The position numbers and the translations under genes are program-made. From positions 1,863 through 65,862 of the forward strand of contig JACQSY010000128.1 in assembly GCA_016211085.1 (NCBI GenBank): a stretch of DNA of 64,000 nt, in the 5' to 3' direction. This stretch comes from Acidobacteriota bacterium (lineage in GTDB: Bacteria > Acidobacteriota > UBA6911 > RPQK01 > JACQSY01). This document shows, one piece after another, positions 16,114 through 25,000 of this stretch (its first letter is position 1; each line of letters begins with the position of its first letter). The notes under the pieces are model-generated. The model did not search any database. It worked only from the letters and a program-made list of their open reading frames with translations, and had not been told where the DNA came from.

Positions 16114-16410
16114 GTGATGAGAATCGATGAGTACTCAAGGAGCGCTGGAGAATTCAGGCCAGTTGGTTGCGCTGAAGAGCTGCCCGCTTATGTGGTTTTT
16201 GATCAGGAACAAGAACCTGCTCCGGGTTACATCGCCACTGTTCTCGAGGAGATAACGACCGATGACTACTGTGCATTCCCGGAGCTTCTCCACGCGTACA
16301 GGGATTCCGACGAGGTAGGAAGATCCTTCATCAATTTCACCCTGGTGACGCTCTGCGGCTGGAGCCTTCCGAATCTGATAAGGCTCGCGCACGGAGAGAA
16401 ACCCGAATAG
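16114..16410 (+). CDS. Hypothetical acidic protein
   Basis: 98 aa, co-directional with and 6 nt after the previous gene. Confidence 0.45.
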   Translation: MMRIDEYSRSAGEFRPVGCAEELPAYVVFDQEQEPAPGYIATVLEEITTDDYCAFPELLHAYRDSDEVGRSFINFTLVTLCGWSLPNLIRLAHGEKPE

Positions 16411-16633
16411 GTGGTGGGATGAATTTCGAGAAGCTACCGGGAGAAATTCAGCCTGCTCCCGCCGACCTTGGAGGCGGCATCAGAGGGCACCCTGTGATCA
16501 ACCGCTATCTGGACAAATCCTAAATCGACTCCGTGTCCTTCTACGACTTTGTGTTGGAGAGGCTCTGGGAGGCCTACAGGCTCGCCCAGCAAAACAGGAG
16601 AGACACCGTCGAGATTATCGACCCGGAAAAGAA

Positions 16634-16852
16634 GTGATCTATGTGCCCGAGAAAAAAGACAGGATCGGCCCAGGCGGTTACGCGCCACTGACAGACTGCC
16701 CGTCCTGCGGGGGGGATGTTGACGCTTACCATCGGGATTATCCCGGAGAAGACACAATGACCCTCTACATGCGCTGCCTGTCGTGCAGCGCGGAGTACAG
16801 GGAGTACTGGGCGTTTGAAAAGTGGGAGAGAGCCGGGGAGAGGAAGAGGTGA
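16634..16852 (+). CDS. Small zinc-ribbon-like protein
   Basis: 72 aa with CPSCGG ... CLSC. Confidence 0.45.
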   Translation: MIYVPEKKDRIGPGGYAPLTDCPSCGGDVDAYHRDYPGEDTMTLYMRCLSCSAEYREYWAFEKWERAGERKR

Positions 16853-17103
16853 GCAATGTGCCAACGACTGTCAACCAGGAGAAACTGGAGGAATGGAAAC
16901 AGCGGCTCCCGCGGCGGCTGCACCTCTTCATGGAAAACTTCTACGACACGTGCGAGGTCTATGACCCGGCCGTCAGCTACCTGAATTATCTCGAGGACAT
17001 CCGGCTTTATTCCCTGACCACAGCGGCATACCGCGAGCACACCTCCGAACTGAAGAAGGCGTTCTACGACATCACAGGCTGGCAACCGGGACGTGATGAT
17101 TGA
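16849..17103 (+). CDS. Small protein, family D copy 1
   Basis: It ends ...ELKKAFYDITGWQPGRDD, and its paralog at 19979-20224 ends ...ELLKAFYDITGWQPGRDM. The GTG start overlaps the previous stop. Confidence 0.55.
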   Translation: MSNVPTTVNQEKLEEWKQRLPRRLHLFMENFYDTCEVYDPAVSYLNYLEDIRLYSLTTAAYREHTSELKKAFYDITGWQPGRDD

Positions 17104-17360
17104 TGGCAAAGGGCCAAATTGTTTCCGCACTGGACCATGGCACAATGTGGCAGCTTTTCTACGAGACAGACCAGGGAGTAGCCACCGTCTGCTTCGACCA
17201 TCGCCAGTTTGCCCACTTTTACGAGGGCGCGACTGGCGACAGCTTCTATCAGGACTACCGCTTTGGCGAAGGGCGCGGCTATGTCTCCAAGCGATTGAAG
17301 GGCTTGGCCATCAGGGTTGAGGGCGAACCTTTCAACGAGGTTGTCTACCTGGAGGACTGA
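17103..17360 (+). CDS. Hypothetical small protein
   Basis: The ATG overlaps the TGA of the previous gene (TGATG). 85 aa. Confidence 0.45.
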   Translation: MAKGQIVSALDHGTMWQLFYETDQGVATVCFDHRQFAHFYEGATGDSFYQDYRFGEGRGYVSKRLKGLAIRVEGEPFNEVVYLED

Positions 17361-18009
17361 TTGCATCGAAACCTGCGCAAGCTGCGAACGTGAATGGGAC
17401 GTACAGGCTGACTGGAGAAGCGTGGAAGCGCACCAGTCCCAGCTTCACTTTCCATTTATGGGGCGCTGCCCAGAAGCTGAGCCGAGGATGCCTGGGATCT
17501 TTGCTGAGCTTTACGACACGCCGTGGCAAGAGCAGCCGCGGACGGCGTGGTTTTGCTCCGACGCGTGTGAGGAGGCTTACACCAGCTCTGGCTCATTTGA
17601 TTACGATTGGTGCGACGGCTGTAACCGCCAGATATGCGGACAAAACCCAGGCAACGGCTGGCACGTGCAATTCCGCGAACATGAAGAGCTGGGGTACGTC
17701 TGCCTGCGCTGCTACGAAACGGAAATCCTAGAAAACGGCCAGCCGCGCTCTGACTTCGAAGGCTCAAGAATCAAAGGCGGCATGTTTTTTTCTCACGGCA
17801 ATGAGGAGCCAAAGCGAACCGGGTTTGAGGAGGTCAGTGGCTTCGATGACTACTTCGTCGCGACAACACAAGAAGCTAAAAAGTACAACTCCCACGCCCT
17901 GAGTCTCATCGACCACGGCCGCAAAGTCCTGACCGCCTACGAGAGAATGGCCATCGGTGGCCTTGAGGGCTACGTCACGATGATGGCCAAAGCCCCAGAA
18001 CAGAAGTGA
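17317..18009 (+). CDS. Cys-rich hypothetical protein (start uncertain)
   Basis: Multiple C-x2-C pairs (CASCE, CSDACEE, CDGCNRQIC, CLRCYE). The only early in-frame starts are TTG at 17317 or 17341. Confidence 0.5.
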   Translation: MRANLSTRLSTWRTDCIETCASCEREWDVQADWRSVEAHQSQLHFPFMGRCPEAEPRMPGIFAELYDTPWQEQPRTAWFCSDACEEAYTSSGSFDYDWCDGCNRQICGQNPGNGWHVQFREHEELGYVCLRCYETEILENGQPRSDFEGSRIKGGMFFSHGNEEPKRTGFEEVSGFDDYFVATTQEAKKYNSHALSLIDHGRKVLTAYERMAIGGLEGYVTMMAKAPEQK

Positions 18010-18230
18010 TATGCATGCGAACCCTGAAAGAGTACCGAGTCGTCTGGGAAATTGAGCTATACGCCTGCAGCCCAAGGGAAGCAGCGCAAAGGGCGCTGGA
18101 GACACAACGCGACCCTGATTCCACGGCAACCGGCTTTGATGTTTACCGCCTCGACGCAGGCACCGGAGTGCAATCGGCCACGGGCGAGCCCGTGCACGTT
18201 GACCTTGGGAGGTATCATCCGCTGGAGTGA
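18006..18230 (+). CDS. Small protein, family A copy 1
   Basis: MRTLKEYRVVWEIELYACSPREAAQRALE... It is near-identical at the nucleotide level to 19086- for about 120 nt. Confidence 0.6.
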   Translation: MICMRTLKEYRVVWEIELYACSPREAAQRALETQRDPDSTATGFDVYRLDAGTGVQSATGEPVHVDLGRYHPLE

Positions 18231-18484
18231 CGATCATGACCGACGACGCCAAGACATATCCGACATGCCCGGAGTGCGGGAGCGGGGAGTTCATCATTCA
18301 CGGGCTGGTCGCGTACCGCCAGGTATATATCGCCCCGCTTGATGAGTATGGCAAGAGCGCGGTTGACTGGGACACGTTTTATCCATCCGCAGCCCGCTGC
18401 CGATTGTGCGACTCCGACGCCACCGAGCTGTTCCGCCGGTATGATCACGTGCCGTTCTTGGTCAGCGTTCCGCCGCTGGAGTGA
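18227..18484 (+). CDS. Small zinc-ribbon protein, family B copy 1
   Basis: CPECGSGEF...DWD...CRLCDS. Paralogs lie at 19357 and 27543. Confidence 0.6.
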   Translation: MTIMTDDAKTYPTCPECGSGEFIIHGLVAYRQVYIAPLDEYGKSAVDWDTFYPSAARCRLCDSDATELFRRYDHVPFLVSVPPLE

Positions 18485-18518
18485 TCTGGGTGCCGACTCT
18501 GAAATTCGTGGGTGATCA

Positions 18519-18815
18519 ATGATGGAGCCCGTCAAATATATTCTCAAAATGTATCCAAGAACCGCAGCGCATCTCATGTGCGAAGGCGGTGTTGATTCGG
18601 TGAGCCCGGCAGAAGCAGCAACAGTCATAGGGCATGCAAAGTATCCTCACACAAAATATCCCCATCTCTACTATGAAGAATGGATTGCGCACCGCTACGG
18701 GGGAGACTCCATGTACGCAGTCAGTTTGTCTTTCAAAAACCGGCACTCGCACAGGGAAAAAGACTACCGGCTCGCCAGAGATTGGGTTGAGTTGGCAATT
18801 GACGGGGTGCTCTGA
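18519..18815 (+). CDS. Small protein, family C copy 1
   Basis: YPRTAAHLMCE...SPAEAA...EWI...KNRHSH...DYRLARDWVELAI. Paralogs lie at 19644 and 27198. Confidence 0.6.
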   Translation: MMEPVKYILKMYPRTAAHLMCEGGVDSVSPAEAATVIGHAKYPHTKYPHLYYEEWIAHRYGGDSMYAVSLSFKNRHSHREKDYRLARDWVELAIDGVL

Positions 18816-19079
18816 ATGCCAAAATATGACGTCCACTTGTATGCCGTCGTCAGGCTCAAAATACCGGACATTGGGGCCGAGACCCAGCAAGAGGCCATGA
18901 AGAAGGCCGACGAACTGATAGCCCCGCATCTGTACGATTTGCTGTATGCAGAAAAGCCCATCCCGATCGTGGAATGCACCGAGTACGCGGAGGAAATTGA
19001 CGGCTACCTTGTGGACGAGATCGGGGACGAGGAATACCTGAAGTCGACCTTTTACAACAAGCGGAAGGAGCCGGTCTGA
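18816..19079 (+). CDS. Hypothetical small acidic protein
   Basis: 87 aa. The ATG overlaps the previous stop (TGAATG context). Confidence 0.45.
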   Translation: MPKYDVHLYAVVRLKIPDIGAETQQEAMKKADELIAPHLYDLLYAEKPIPIVECTEYAEEIDGYLVDEIGDEEYLKSTFYNKRKEPV

Positions 19080-19085
19080 ACGGAT

Positions 19086-19331
19086 GTGACATGCATGCGA
19101 ACCCTGAAAGAGTACCGAGTCGTCTGGGAAATTGAGCTGTACGCCTGTAGCCCAAGGGAAGCAGCGCAAAGGGCGCTGGAGATACAGCGCGACGCTGATT
19201 CGATAGCAACCGTGTTTGATGTGTACCGCTTAGATGAAGATCCTAAACGGTTGTTGACCATGAATGAACCGGTGCGCGTCGACCTTCAGAGGTACAAGTC
19301 TTCCAGAAAAGCGAGGAGGACTAAGTCATGA
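19086..19331 (+). CDS. Small protein, family A copy 2
   Basis: MRTLKEYRVVWEIELYACSPREAAQRALEIQRD... It lies exactly 1080 nt downstream of copy 1. Confidence 0.6.
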   Translation: MTCMRTLKEYRVVWEIELYACSPREAAQRALEIQRDADSIATVFDVYRLDEDPKRLLTMNEPVRVDLQRYKSSRKARRTKS

Positions 19332-19356
19332 TGACGACACAGGCCGGAGGCGATTC

Positions 19357-19647
19357 ATGATGCCGGCAACCGGCAACATCAAAGGTGGCACCAAGGCGGT
19401 CTCCTGCCCGTATTGCGGCTCGGGCGATTTTGAAGTCTGGGGCGTGGTCGAGTACAGCAAGTCTTATAGCTCTGACAGCAACGAGTACGGCCCCGCCCGC
19501 CTCAACTGGGACTTTGAGTTCCCGACATACGCGGAGTGCGCTGGCTGCAAAAAGCCGGTCACGGAATACCTGCAGGAAAGCGCGGTAATCGGCGCGTGCT
19601 ATGACGTTCGCAAAAGAAAACGAAAACGGGCGCCGGGCCCGTTGTGA
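19357..19647 (+). CDS. Small zinc-ribbon protein, family B copy 2
   Basis: CPYCGSGDF...NWD...CAGCKK. I prefer the ATG at 19357 over the longer track ORF starting at 19264. Confidence 0.55.
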   Translation: MMPATGNIKGGTKAVSCPYCGSGDFEVWGVVEYSKSYSSDSNEYGPARLNWDFEFPTYAECAGCKKPVTEYLQESAVIGACYDVRKRKRKRAPGPL

Positions 19648-19979
19648 CGGAGGTGAAACATGTGGAAAATGAAATGGAATCTGTCTTGGAGATCATGAGG
19701 CGCTACCCGCGCGTCACTGCCCACGTTATCTGTCATAGCCTTGGCTATGCGACGCCCTCGTGCGCGGCAAGCATTGTTCGTGATGCGAAGTACAGACAGG
19801 AGAATTTTTGCGAATGGATTTATTCATGCTACAACCGCGACCCTCTGCCGGCAGTGCAAAGGGCAATCCGCGGGCGGCATGCGCATCACGGTTTCATGGC
19901 CGAGTACAAGCTGGCGAAGGCGCTGGTGGACAGAGCCATCAGAACGGGAGAGGAGCCCATTTTTGCGAGCTGGTTTTGA
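19644..19979 (+). CDS. Small protein, family C copy 2
   Basis: RRYPRVTAHVICH...EWI...RGRHAHH...EYKLAKALVDRAI. The exact start is uncertain (GTG at 19644 or 19662, ATG at 19674). Confidence 0.55.
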   Translation: MTEVKHVENEMESVLEIMRRYPRVTAHVICHSLGYATPSCAASIVRDAKYRQENFCEWIYSCYNRDPLPAVQRAIRGRHAHHGFMAEYKLAKALVDRAIRTGEEPIFASWF

Positions 19980-20224
19980 TGCCTACTCACGTCAACCGCG
20001 AAGAATTGGAGCGCTACAAGGCGACCTTGCCCGGGAGCCTCAATAGATTCCTGGACAGCTTCTTTCGCGAGCATGTGCATCTGGACCCAGCAACCGCCTA
20101 TCTCCGTTATCTGGGCGACGTGAAATTCCACCAAATATTCCATCGCGAGTACCGCGAGCACGGGCCTGAATTGCTGAAGGCCTTCTACGACATCACGGGC
20201 TGGCAGCCGGGGAGGGATATGTGA
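19979..20224 (+). CDS. Small protein, family D copy 2
   Basis: The ATG overlaps the stop of the previous gene (TGATG). The C-terminus is ...FYDITGWQPGRDM. Confidence 0.55.
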   Translation: MPTHVNREELERYKATLPGSLNRFLDSFFREHVHLDPATAYLRYLGDVKFHQIFHREYREHGPELLKAFYDITGWQPGRDM

Positions 20225-20460
20225 TGCCGGCGCCCGAAAACGAGGGGCACTGCACAGGCTTTTTCGTCTCGGACGAGGACATCAAGCACGTCTACGCCGC
20301 CAACAAGGAACTCCATGCCTACAGCCCGCGGGAGCTTGCCCGTGGAATCCACACTCTGAAATTCATGGGCATCATGCCCGAGTACATCGTCACGAGGCAG
20401 AGCGTGTTCTACTCGTACTTCGAGAAGGAGGGGAGGAAGGAGGTCTGCGTGATTTCCTGA
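20221..20460 (+). CDS. Hypothetical small protein (last gene of the array)
   Basis: 79 aa. The GTGATG start overlaps the previous stop. Confidence 0.45.
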   Translation: MMPAPENEGHCTGFFVSDEDIKHVYAANKELHAYSPRELARGIHTLKFMGIMPEYIVTRQSVFYSYFEKEGRKEVCVIS

Positions 20461-20484
20461 AACACAGGGACGAACCGTCAAACT

Positions 20485-20880
20485 TCAGCCATCCCGCGTC
20501 TCATCGTCCTCAACAAGCCGTTCGAGCTCGTGCAGCTTCCTCCGGAGGTTCAGCAGGTCCTCGTCCAGGTCAGTGAGGAATTTCTTGGCCGCCACGTCTC
20601 TCCGTTTCAGCAGCCGCCTTATCCTGCTCCGCAGCTCGTCCTTTCCAGAGGAAGGGGGCTCGTCCGGAAAGTTCAGCAGCTCGGAAAGCGTGATGTGGAA
20701 GGCTTCGGCGAGTTTTGCCAGGTTCTCCAGGGACACGTTCCTCTCGCCCCTCTCAATCCCTCCGACATAGGTGGGGTGCATGCCAGCCTCCTCACCCAGC
20801 TTTTCCTGCGACCACCCGAGGCTGTTCCGCAAGTAGCGGACGCGCTCGCCCAGCCTGTCCCGTATCCCAGTCGTCTGCAT
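20485..20880 (-). CDS. XRE-family helix-turn-helix transcriptional regulator
   Basis: LGERVRYLRNSLGWSQEKLGEEAGMHPTYVGGIERGERNVSLENLAKLAEAF is a classic HTH_3 pattern. I prefer the ATG at 20880 over the TTG at 20910. The gene is convergent with the small-ORF array. Confidence 0.85.
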   Translation of the reverse strand: MQTTGIRDRLGERVRYLRNSLGWSQEKLGEEAGMHPTYVGGIERGERNVSLENLAKLAEAFHITLSELLNFPDEPPSSGKDELRSRIRRLLKRRDVAAKKFLTDLDEDLLNLRRKLHELERLVEDDETRDG

Positions 20881-21021
20881 GATTGAAACCAGCCCTCCCC
20901 TTTTAAGCAAGGCAGAGGCGGCTTGCTACAGACGATGAGAACTATTTATTGATATAAATACTATGAGTATTATACACTGCCACCCCCGGGATCGGCCTCC
21001 GGTTAAGCCAAGGAGGAGAAG

Positions 21022-21804
21022 ATGAGAGCAAAGGGTGCACGCCTTTCCGTGCTGGTCTGTGCTTTCTTCGCAGCCAGCACTGCCTTTCCGCAAAACGACA
21101 ATGACAGGGAAGATTTCCGGGTGGAAGTGACGGGATACTACTGGGCGCTCAGGCCCAGCGGCCAAATCAACACCAATGGTCAGCCCATCGACCTGGAGTC
21201 CGATCTCGGCCTTGGGGAGCGGACGCCGCACTTCGTCGGGAAGCTTGTGGCCAAGCCGGCGAGAAAGCACCGCATCCTCTTTGAGTTTATCCCCTACCGC
21301 CTGGACGGCCAACACGTGCTCTCGCGGCAAATCCGGTTCGCCGGCCGCGACTACGCCATTCGGGAACGCATCACCTCAAGCGCCGAAATCAACAGCGTTT
21401 TTGCCGGGTATCAGTACGACTTCGTCAGCCGGGAGCAGGGACATTTCGGCGTCCTTGTTGGGGCAGCCTACATGGACGCGAAGGCCAGGGCCGCAAGCGA
21501 GAGCGGCGTCACGGGCAGCCAGGAGCAGTCCGTCCCGTTCCCTGTTGTCGGAGTCGGGTTCCGGGGCTTCCCGTCTCACAACGAGCTGTTCAACATCAAC
21601 GGGGAAGTCCGAGGAATGTCTTTTGGGAGTTACGGCCGCATCATACAAGCAACATTCAATGCCGGTTTCAGCATCGGGTCTCACTTCACTTTCCAGGCCG
21701 GCTACATGATCCTGGACGCCGATCTCCATGACAAGGGAGGGAGCGACGCCATCAAGCCCCGATTCAGCGGTCCGGTCTTCTCGGTCCAGGTCAGGGACCG
21801 GTGA
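21022..21804 (+). CDS. Putative outer-membrane beta-barrel protein
   Basis: Signal-peptide-like N-terminus MRAKGARLSVLVCAFFAASTAFPQ, followed by alternating aromatic/hydrophilic strands rich in G, Y and F. Confidence 0.5.
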   Translation: MRAKGARLSVLVCAFFAASTAFPQNDNDREDFRVEVTGYYWALRPSGQINTNGQPIDLESDLGLGERTPHFVGKLVAKPARKHRILFEFIPYRLDGQHVLSRQIRFAGRDYAIRERITSSAEINSVFAGYQYDFVSREQGHFGVLVGAAYMDAKARAASESGVTGSQEQSVPFPVVGVGFRGFPSHNELFNINGEVRGMSFGSYGRIIQATFNAGFSIGSHFTFQAGYMILDADLHDKGGSDAIKPRFSGPVFSVQVRDR

Positions 21805-21933
21805 CGTGACGGTCCTTGGGCTTAAGAGTGATCAAATATTGGGAAACCCATCCGATCTCTTCTGTTCCTCGCGTGGGCCCAACCAAAAGAGTGCAACGAT
21901 ATCAGCGACAATTCGCCTGCCGGAGGGATTCCG

Positions 21934-23592
21934 ATGAAGAAGTGGTTGTTTTTACCAGTTCTGACCTTGTGCAGCCTCCCTGTTCACGGGGCAATTGAAG
22001 AAAAGTACCAGTTCGACCAGCCGCCTTACTCCGTTGAGATAGATACCGCACGCCACATCGCAGTCCTCCAAGTTGGTGATGAGTCCATCGCTTTATTCGA
22101 TTTGAAGGAACGACGCACGCTGGCTACCGTCGCCGTTGCCAAGGCTGGAGATACGGTCCGGCAGACTCTTCTGAACCCCGTTGACAGCACCACAGTAGCG
22201 ATCTTGCGGAGGAATACCCTCGGAGTCCTTAATCTGGAGTCCCTCCAAGTAAGCACAACAGATATCGTTCTGCCCTTTGAATTCTCCAATTACATAAGCT
22301 GGGTCGCTCCGAACTTCAATACGCTTCTCGCAGTCGCTGATGAGGGCATATTTCGTGGCCCGGATGTTGGCTTTGTTAGACGTCACGCGATAGTGTCTCT
22401 TAACTCCGGGAAAATCGAGCTAATAAAAGAACTTCAGTATGGGCGTATTGTTAGTGACGGGAGGAGTGCTCTCCTTGCTTTCCAAGGCCGTCAGCCGAAG
22501 ATCGACATTCTCAATCAAAGGACTCTTGAGAAGGAAGCGGAGGTGGCTGTCACAGGGGATTACAGTGTATCCCATGTGCTGGGAGAGCCATGGCTCCTGA
22601 TTGGCCTTGGTCCAAAGGGTGAGCTCTCCATAATCGATTTGGCCAAAAGGACGGAGACATTCAAAACGAAGTTAGATAATATCCGTCTCCTCCGTGGCTC
22701 GGCACTTGATGACTCCAGGGGCCTCCTCTATCTTCTTGCGGAACCAGAAGATAGCGAATCAGCTGAACTCATTGTCTGGGAGATAGCATCACGGTCCATT
22801 GCCCGGAAGCTCAAGCTTTCTTTCCGGGCTGACGAACTAGCGGGTTTTTCACCTTTAGTGCGCTCTTTAGATGTAGATTCATCTGAGAGTTTAGCGGTGA
22901 TCAGTCGGCCTGACTCGAAATCGATTACACTACTGGAATTGCCGATTGGCTTCGACCTGAATTTCGCCCACTCTGTGGACGGACAGAACGTGAGATCGGT
23001 ATTCCATGTTGCGAATCCGTCTGAAGTAAAGACGGCCACTTTTGGGTTTACATTTCATGACTCAAACGGCTTAGTGTTGCAGCCGGCACCCGTCACGCCA
23101 AGCGAAGGCTTGACCCTTGAACCCCTGGGATCAAGAGTGGTGTCGACTGCTGGGACTGGGCCGGACATCAGGGTCGGATCCGTCAGAATAAGCTCGAACG
23201 TCGATTTGGCCGCAACGCTAATTTACGACCTTCCGAGATTCGGCGAGGTTGGAGTCGGGGAAAGCACAGCCTTGAGAAAATTCATCGTTCCGGTTGAGAG
23301 AAGTGAAACGAAGAACGCGAATTCCGGCCTTGCTGTAGCAAACTATTCGGCAGCGAGCAACAAAGTGATTCTGGAATTACGAAGCCCATCGGGAAGCGTG
23401 GTTCTAAGCAAAGAGATCACGCTTCCGCCAAACGGACAAAGCGCCAAGTTTCTAAACGAAATATTCCCCGAGGCGCAAACGAATGAATTTGTCGGCAGTA
23501 TCACAGCTTCGGCTACGTTTCCAATTGGCGCTGTTGCTCTGCGGCTGAGGGGGAATTCCCTGACCACGTTGCCGGTCAAGGAGGTCAGATAA
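21934..23592 (+). CDS. Secreted protein of unknown function
   Basis: Signal peptide MKKWLFLPVLTLCSLPVHG. 552 aa with a beta-rich composition and no recognised motif. Confidence 0.55.
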   Translation: MKKWLFLPVLTLCSLPVHGAIEEKYQFDQPPYSVEIDTARHIAVLQVGDESIALFDLKERRTLATVAVAKAGDTVRQTLLNPVDSTTVAILRRNTLGVLNLESLQVSTTDIVLPFEFSNYISWVAPNFNTLLAVADEGIFRGPDVGFVRRHAIVSLNSGKIELIKELQYGRIVSDGRSALLAFQGRQPKIDILNQRTLEKEAEVAVTGDYSVSHVLGEPWLLIGLGPKGELSIIDLAKRTETFKTKLDNIRLLRGSALDDSRGLLYLLAEPEDSESAELIVWEIASRSIARKLKLSFRADELAGFSPLVRSLDVDSSESLAVISRPDSKSITLLELPIGFDLNFAHSVDGQNVRSVFHVANPSEVKTATFGFTFHDSNGLVLQPAPVTPSEGLTLEPLGSRVVSTAGTGPDIRVGSVRISSNVDLAATLIYDLPRFGEVGVGESTALRKFIVPVERSETKNANSGLAVANYSAASNKVILELRSPSGSVVLSKEITLPPNGQSAKFLNEIFPEAQTNEFVGSITASATFPIGAVALRLRGNSLTTLPVKEVR

Positions 23593-23735
23593 CTCCTGGC
23601 ACGCCTTCTTCTGTTGCAAAGCGTTGTCCCGAATTTACCACCAAGAACAACTTTGCGTCGAGGGTACCGCAGCCATGATCCTGAGAGACGCAAAGGACAC
23701 GCTTCACCAACACCGTAAAACCGGCGCTCCGCTTA

Positions 23736-23969
23736 TTACGTGCCCTTCTTCTGCAGAAGGTCGTTCAGGGAATCCACGCCCTCGCGCTCCAGGAGCGTAT
23801 CGAGGTGCATGTCGTCCCGGACGCCGAAGTCCCTGTGGTACTGCTCCTCAATCGTCTTCACATGGGTGTCTCCCCGCTTCTCGCGGAGCTGGCCGTCCTG
23901 GTTCCGGGAACGCGGGCCTTTCATATCCGGAGCGTCACTCTTGACCGGCGGCGCCTTTCTGTGCGGCAT
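23736..23969 (-). CDS. Small basic hypothetical protein
   Basis: AAGGAG lies 8 nt upstream of the ATG at 23969. 77 aa, MPHRKAPPVKSDAPDMKGPRSRNQDGQLREKRGD... The longer 248-aa track ORF is rejected. Confidence 0.5.
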   Translation of the reverse strand: MPHRKAPPVKSDAPDMKGPRSRNQDGQLREKRGDTHVKTIEEQYHRDFGVRDDMHLDTLLEREGVDSLNDLLQKKGT

Positions 23970-24016
23970 AATCATAACTCCTTGAAAGACAAATCTCTCC
24001 TTCACTATTATACGGA

Positions 24017-24298
24017 TTGCCGGTGACTTTTTTTGGCGGTTTGATGCTGGAAGCGAGACCGGGCTTTTGTCCTGACAGGAGGCCTGAGAAATGTGCCTAT
24101 GTGAGAAAGCAGTGGGACATCCTTGAAGACGGTAAGACGGACAAGCCGCTGAACGTGTGGGTTTATTTCGCCAACCGACAGAACAAACCACCTCTACCGA
24201 ACGCCGAATACAAACGGCTGATAGTCGAAGGAGCGCGGCACTGGTGCCTGCCCGCCGAATACATACGGCAACTTGAACAGATTCCAACGGAAGGATAG
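24017..24298 (+). pseudogene. Gamma-glutamylcyclotransferase (GGCT) family, C-terminal fragment
   Basis: ...NVWVYFANRQNKPPLPNAEYKRLIVEGARHWCLPAEYIRQLEQIP parallels the GGCT C-terminus (...PSPQYKKIICMGAKENGLPLEYQEKLKAIE, recalled from memory). The N-terminal YGSN(L) catalytic region is absent. Confidence 0.45.
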
Positions 24299-24427
24299 GT
24301 TGATGAACCACCGGAGCTCCCGCTGGAATTTCCGATCTTCTTCCTGATTTTGGAAAGCCGGGCACGCAACGTCCAAGCTTCCCTTTTAGTAAGGGGGAAG
24401 TCGCAACAGGGTCGTATACTTTCTGAC

Positions 24428-25000
24428 ATGGCAACGAACCCACCGATTCCAGGCCTCGGCTACGTGTCGGATTATCTGACAACAGAAGAAGAGCAGGAAC
24501 TCCTCTCGGTGATCGATGTCCAGCCGTGGCTCAGCGACCTCAAGCGCCGCGTCCAGCATTACGGTTACCGGTACGACTATAAGCGCCGGTCAGTGGATCG
24601 GTCGATGTATCTCGGTCCCCTCCCTGAATGGGCCGCTGAATTGGCTGCCGGGCTCGTAGGTGACGGCTGGGTCACTGAGAGGCCTGACCAGCTCATCATC
24701 AATGAATATCTTCCCGGCCAGGGCATCCTGGGCCATGTCGACTGCATTCCCTGTTTCTCCGACACGATCGTGTCCATCAGTCTGGGTTCATCCTGTGTAA
24801 TGGTCTTTACACATCGGCGTACAGGGGTACAGGAACCTGTGCTCCTGGAGCCCAGGAGTTTGGTCGTCTTAAAAGGTGAGGCTCGTTACCAGTGGAAGCA
24901 CGGCATACCAGCCCGCAAAACCGATGACTACAATGCTCGGAAAATTGCAAGAGGCCGCCGCATTTCGCTGACGTTCAGGAAAGTTCTTTTGAATGGCTGA
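24428..25000 (+). CDS. AlkB-like Fe(II)/2-oxoglutarate-dependent dioxygenase
   Basis: LIINEYLPGQGILGHVD (HxD), ...WKHGIP...RISLTFRKV. I prefer the ATG at 24428. Confidence 0.8.
   Translation: MATNPPIPGLGYVSDYLTTEEEQELLSVIDVQPWLSDLKRRVQHYGYRYDYKRRSVDRSMYLGPLPEWAAELAAGLVGDGWVTERPDQLIINEYLPGQGILGHVDCIPCFSDTIVSISLGSSCVMVFTHRRTGVQEPVLLEPRSLVVLKGEARYQWKHGIPARKTDDYNARKIARGRRISLTFRKVLLNG

Noticed and set aside
16434-16931. A 165-aa minus-strand ORF inside the small-ORF array.
   Set aside because: It overlaps + strand ORFs that have paralogs elsewhere in the island, and it has a Ser/Arg/Pro-rich shadow-frame composition. The + strand also holds two ~34-codon pieces (16419-16523 and 16524-16637) in one frame separated by a TAA. 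I could not support these as a gene.
23665-23705. The inverted repeat TTGCGTC...GACGCAA between convergent genes, considered as a possible terminator.
   Set aside because: It has a 7-bp stem with a 27-nt loop and no U-tract, which is too weak to call.
23970-24482. The upstream two-thirds of the 248-aa minus-strand ORF 23736-24482.
   Set aside because: Only the last 77 codons are preceded by a good AAGGAG site. The remainder overlaps the GGCT fragment and the AlkB start on the other strand and has no protein-like features.
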